A DNA stretch of 63,521 nt, counting the filler, from Octopus bimaculoides (taxonomy: Eukaryota): the NCBI RefSeq assembly GCF_001194135.2. It is 6 parts of 5 records of this genome, joined end to end, with 100 filler letters (N's around TTAATTAATTAA, not from the genome) between each part and the next. Parts side by side here need not be neighbours in the genome. Positions count along the whole stretch, not along the records: positions 60,026 to 63,521 come from NW_026402274.1; 5 more parts are not named here. One strand, 5' to 3'. Of the stretch, positions 62,916-63,521 are shown piece after piece. The notes below the pieces were generated by a model. It was not told the DNA's origin and did not search any database. It saw only the letters and a list, made by a program, of their open reading frames with translations. Positions within the stretch are counted from its first letter, which is position 1. Each line of letters begins with the position of its first letter. A program made the translations under genes and the position numbers.

Positions 62916-63521
62916 TATCTATTAGAAACACTAAGAAGAAAACCTCACTTCCACACAAAAAAACAACCACTTGCAACTGACATAATTCAAAAATGTTAGT
63001 AACATTCTTCCACCTGGTTTTCAAAACCGCAACTCCAAATTACTATACTACTGTACACGATACACCTTCTCAAACACCAGTTGCTGACGTCACCTATCTG
63101 TAGACCAATGAACTTTTACCTCTCATACGAACATGACCCACAGGAGTGAAAACCAAACCGGCCCTTTAAGAGAATCAAACAAACTGAACGATTGGTGACC
63201 AGTAGCTACAGGGATGTCTACCAGGCAGAACGCCAAACTTGACCATCAGAAAGTATAAGCCGTCGCTGCAAATTATAACGAATCAAAAAGTAGACCCGTT
63301 CGCGGAGAAAACCTATATATACATTGTTTCCAAAACATACCATTACAAGCGAAAACGCTCTCTAAGCAAGAGAAACAGAATCATACGCACGATGAGAGAA
63401 ACTGCACAAAAAACATTTTTTACTCTATTCTTTTCTTATTTCTCTTACTTATCCACGTATTTCATAATTCAATATGGAGGCGCAATGGCCCGGTGGTTAG
63501 GGCAGCGGACTCGCGGTCATA

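Overview
Eukaryotic, AT-rich, microsatellite-dense DNA from a gapped draft assembly. The SINE content points to an Octopus-like cephalopod (inference, not checked by search). There is no CRISPR array, rRNA or operon. Most ORFs in the supplied track are artefacts of (TA)n/(CA)n repeats or N-gaps. The only well-supported host gene is on the minus strand. Two exons (10104-9554 and 7004-6760) splice in frame and encode a Ser/Thr/Asn-rich region, two matrin/U1-type C-x2-C-x12-H-x5-H zinc fingers and an RGG-rich segment (ZNF385/ZNF346/ZMAT-like RNA binder). A possible first coding exon (MAIQQ) lies at 43790-43804. The rest is intron/intergenic DNA full of decayed mobile elements: several Penelope-like element (PLE) lineages, R4/Dong, CR1 and RTE LINE pieces, two DD37D (maT) transposons, a 1007-bp solo LTR, piggyBac-type MITEs and several modular tRNA-SINE families. 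The most interesting signal is a ~200-bp non-coding repeat (4 clear copies, 2 subfamilies) carrying a minimal type-I hammerhead ribozyme fold with a family-wide A6-to-U core change. A second, unrelated hammerhead sits at 26661-26716. Five 44N-TTAATTAATTAA-44N blocks are artificial scaffold linkers, so long-range order across them is uncertain. Boundaries of decayed repeats were read by eye and are approximate (tens of bp).
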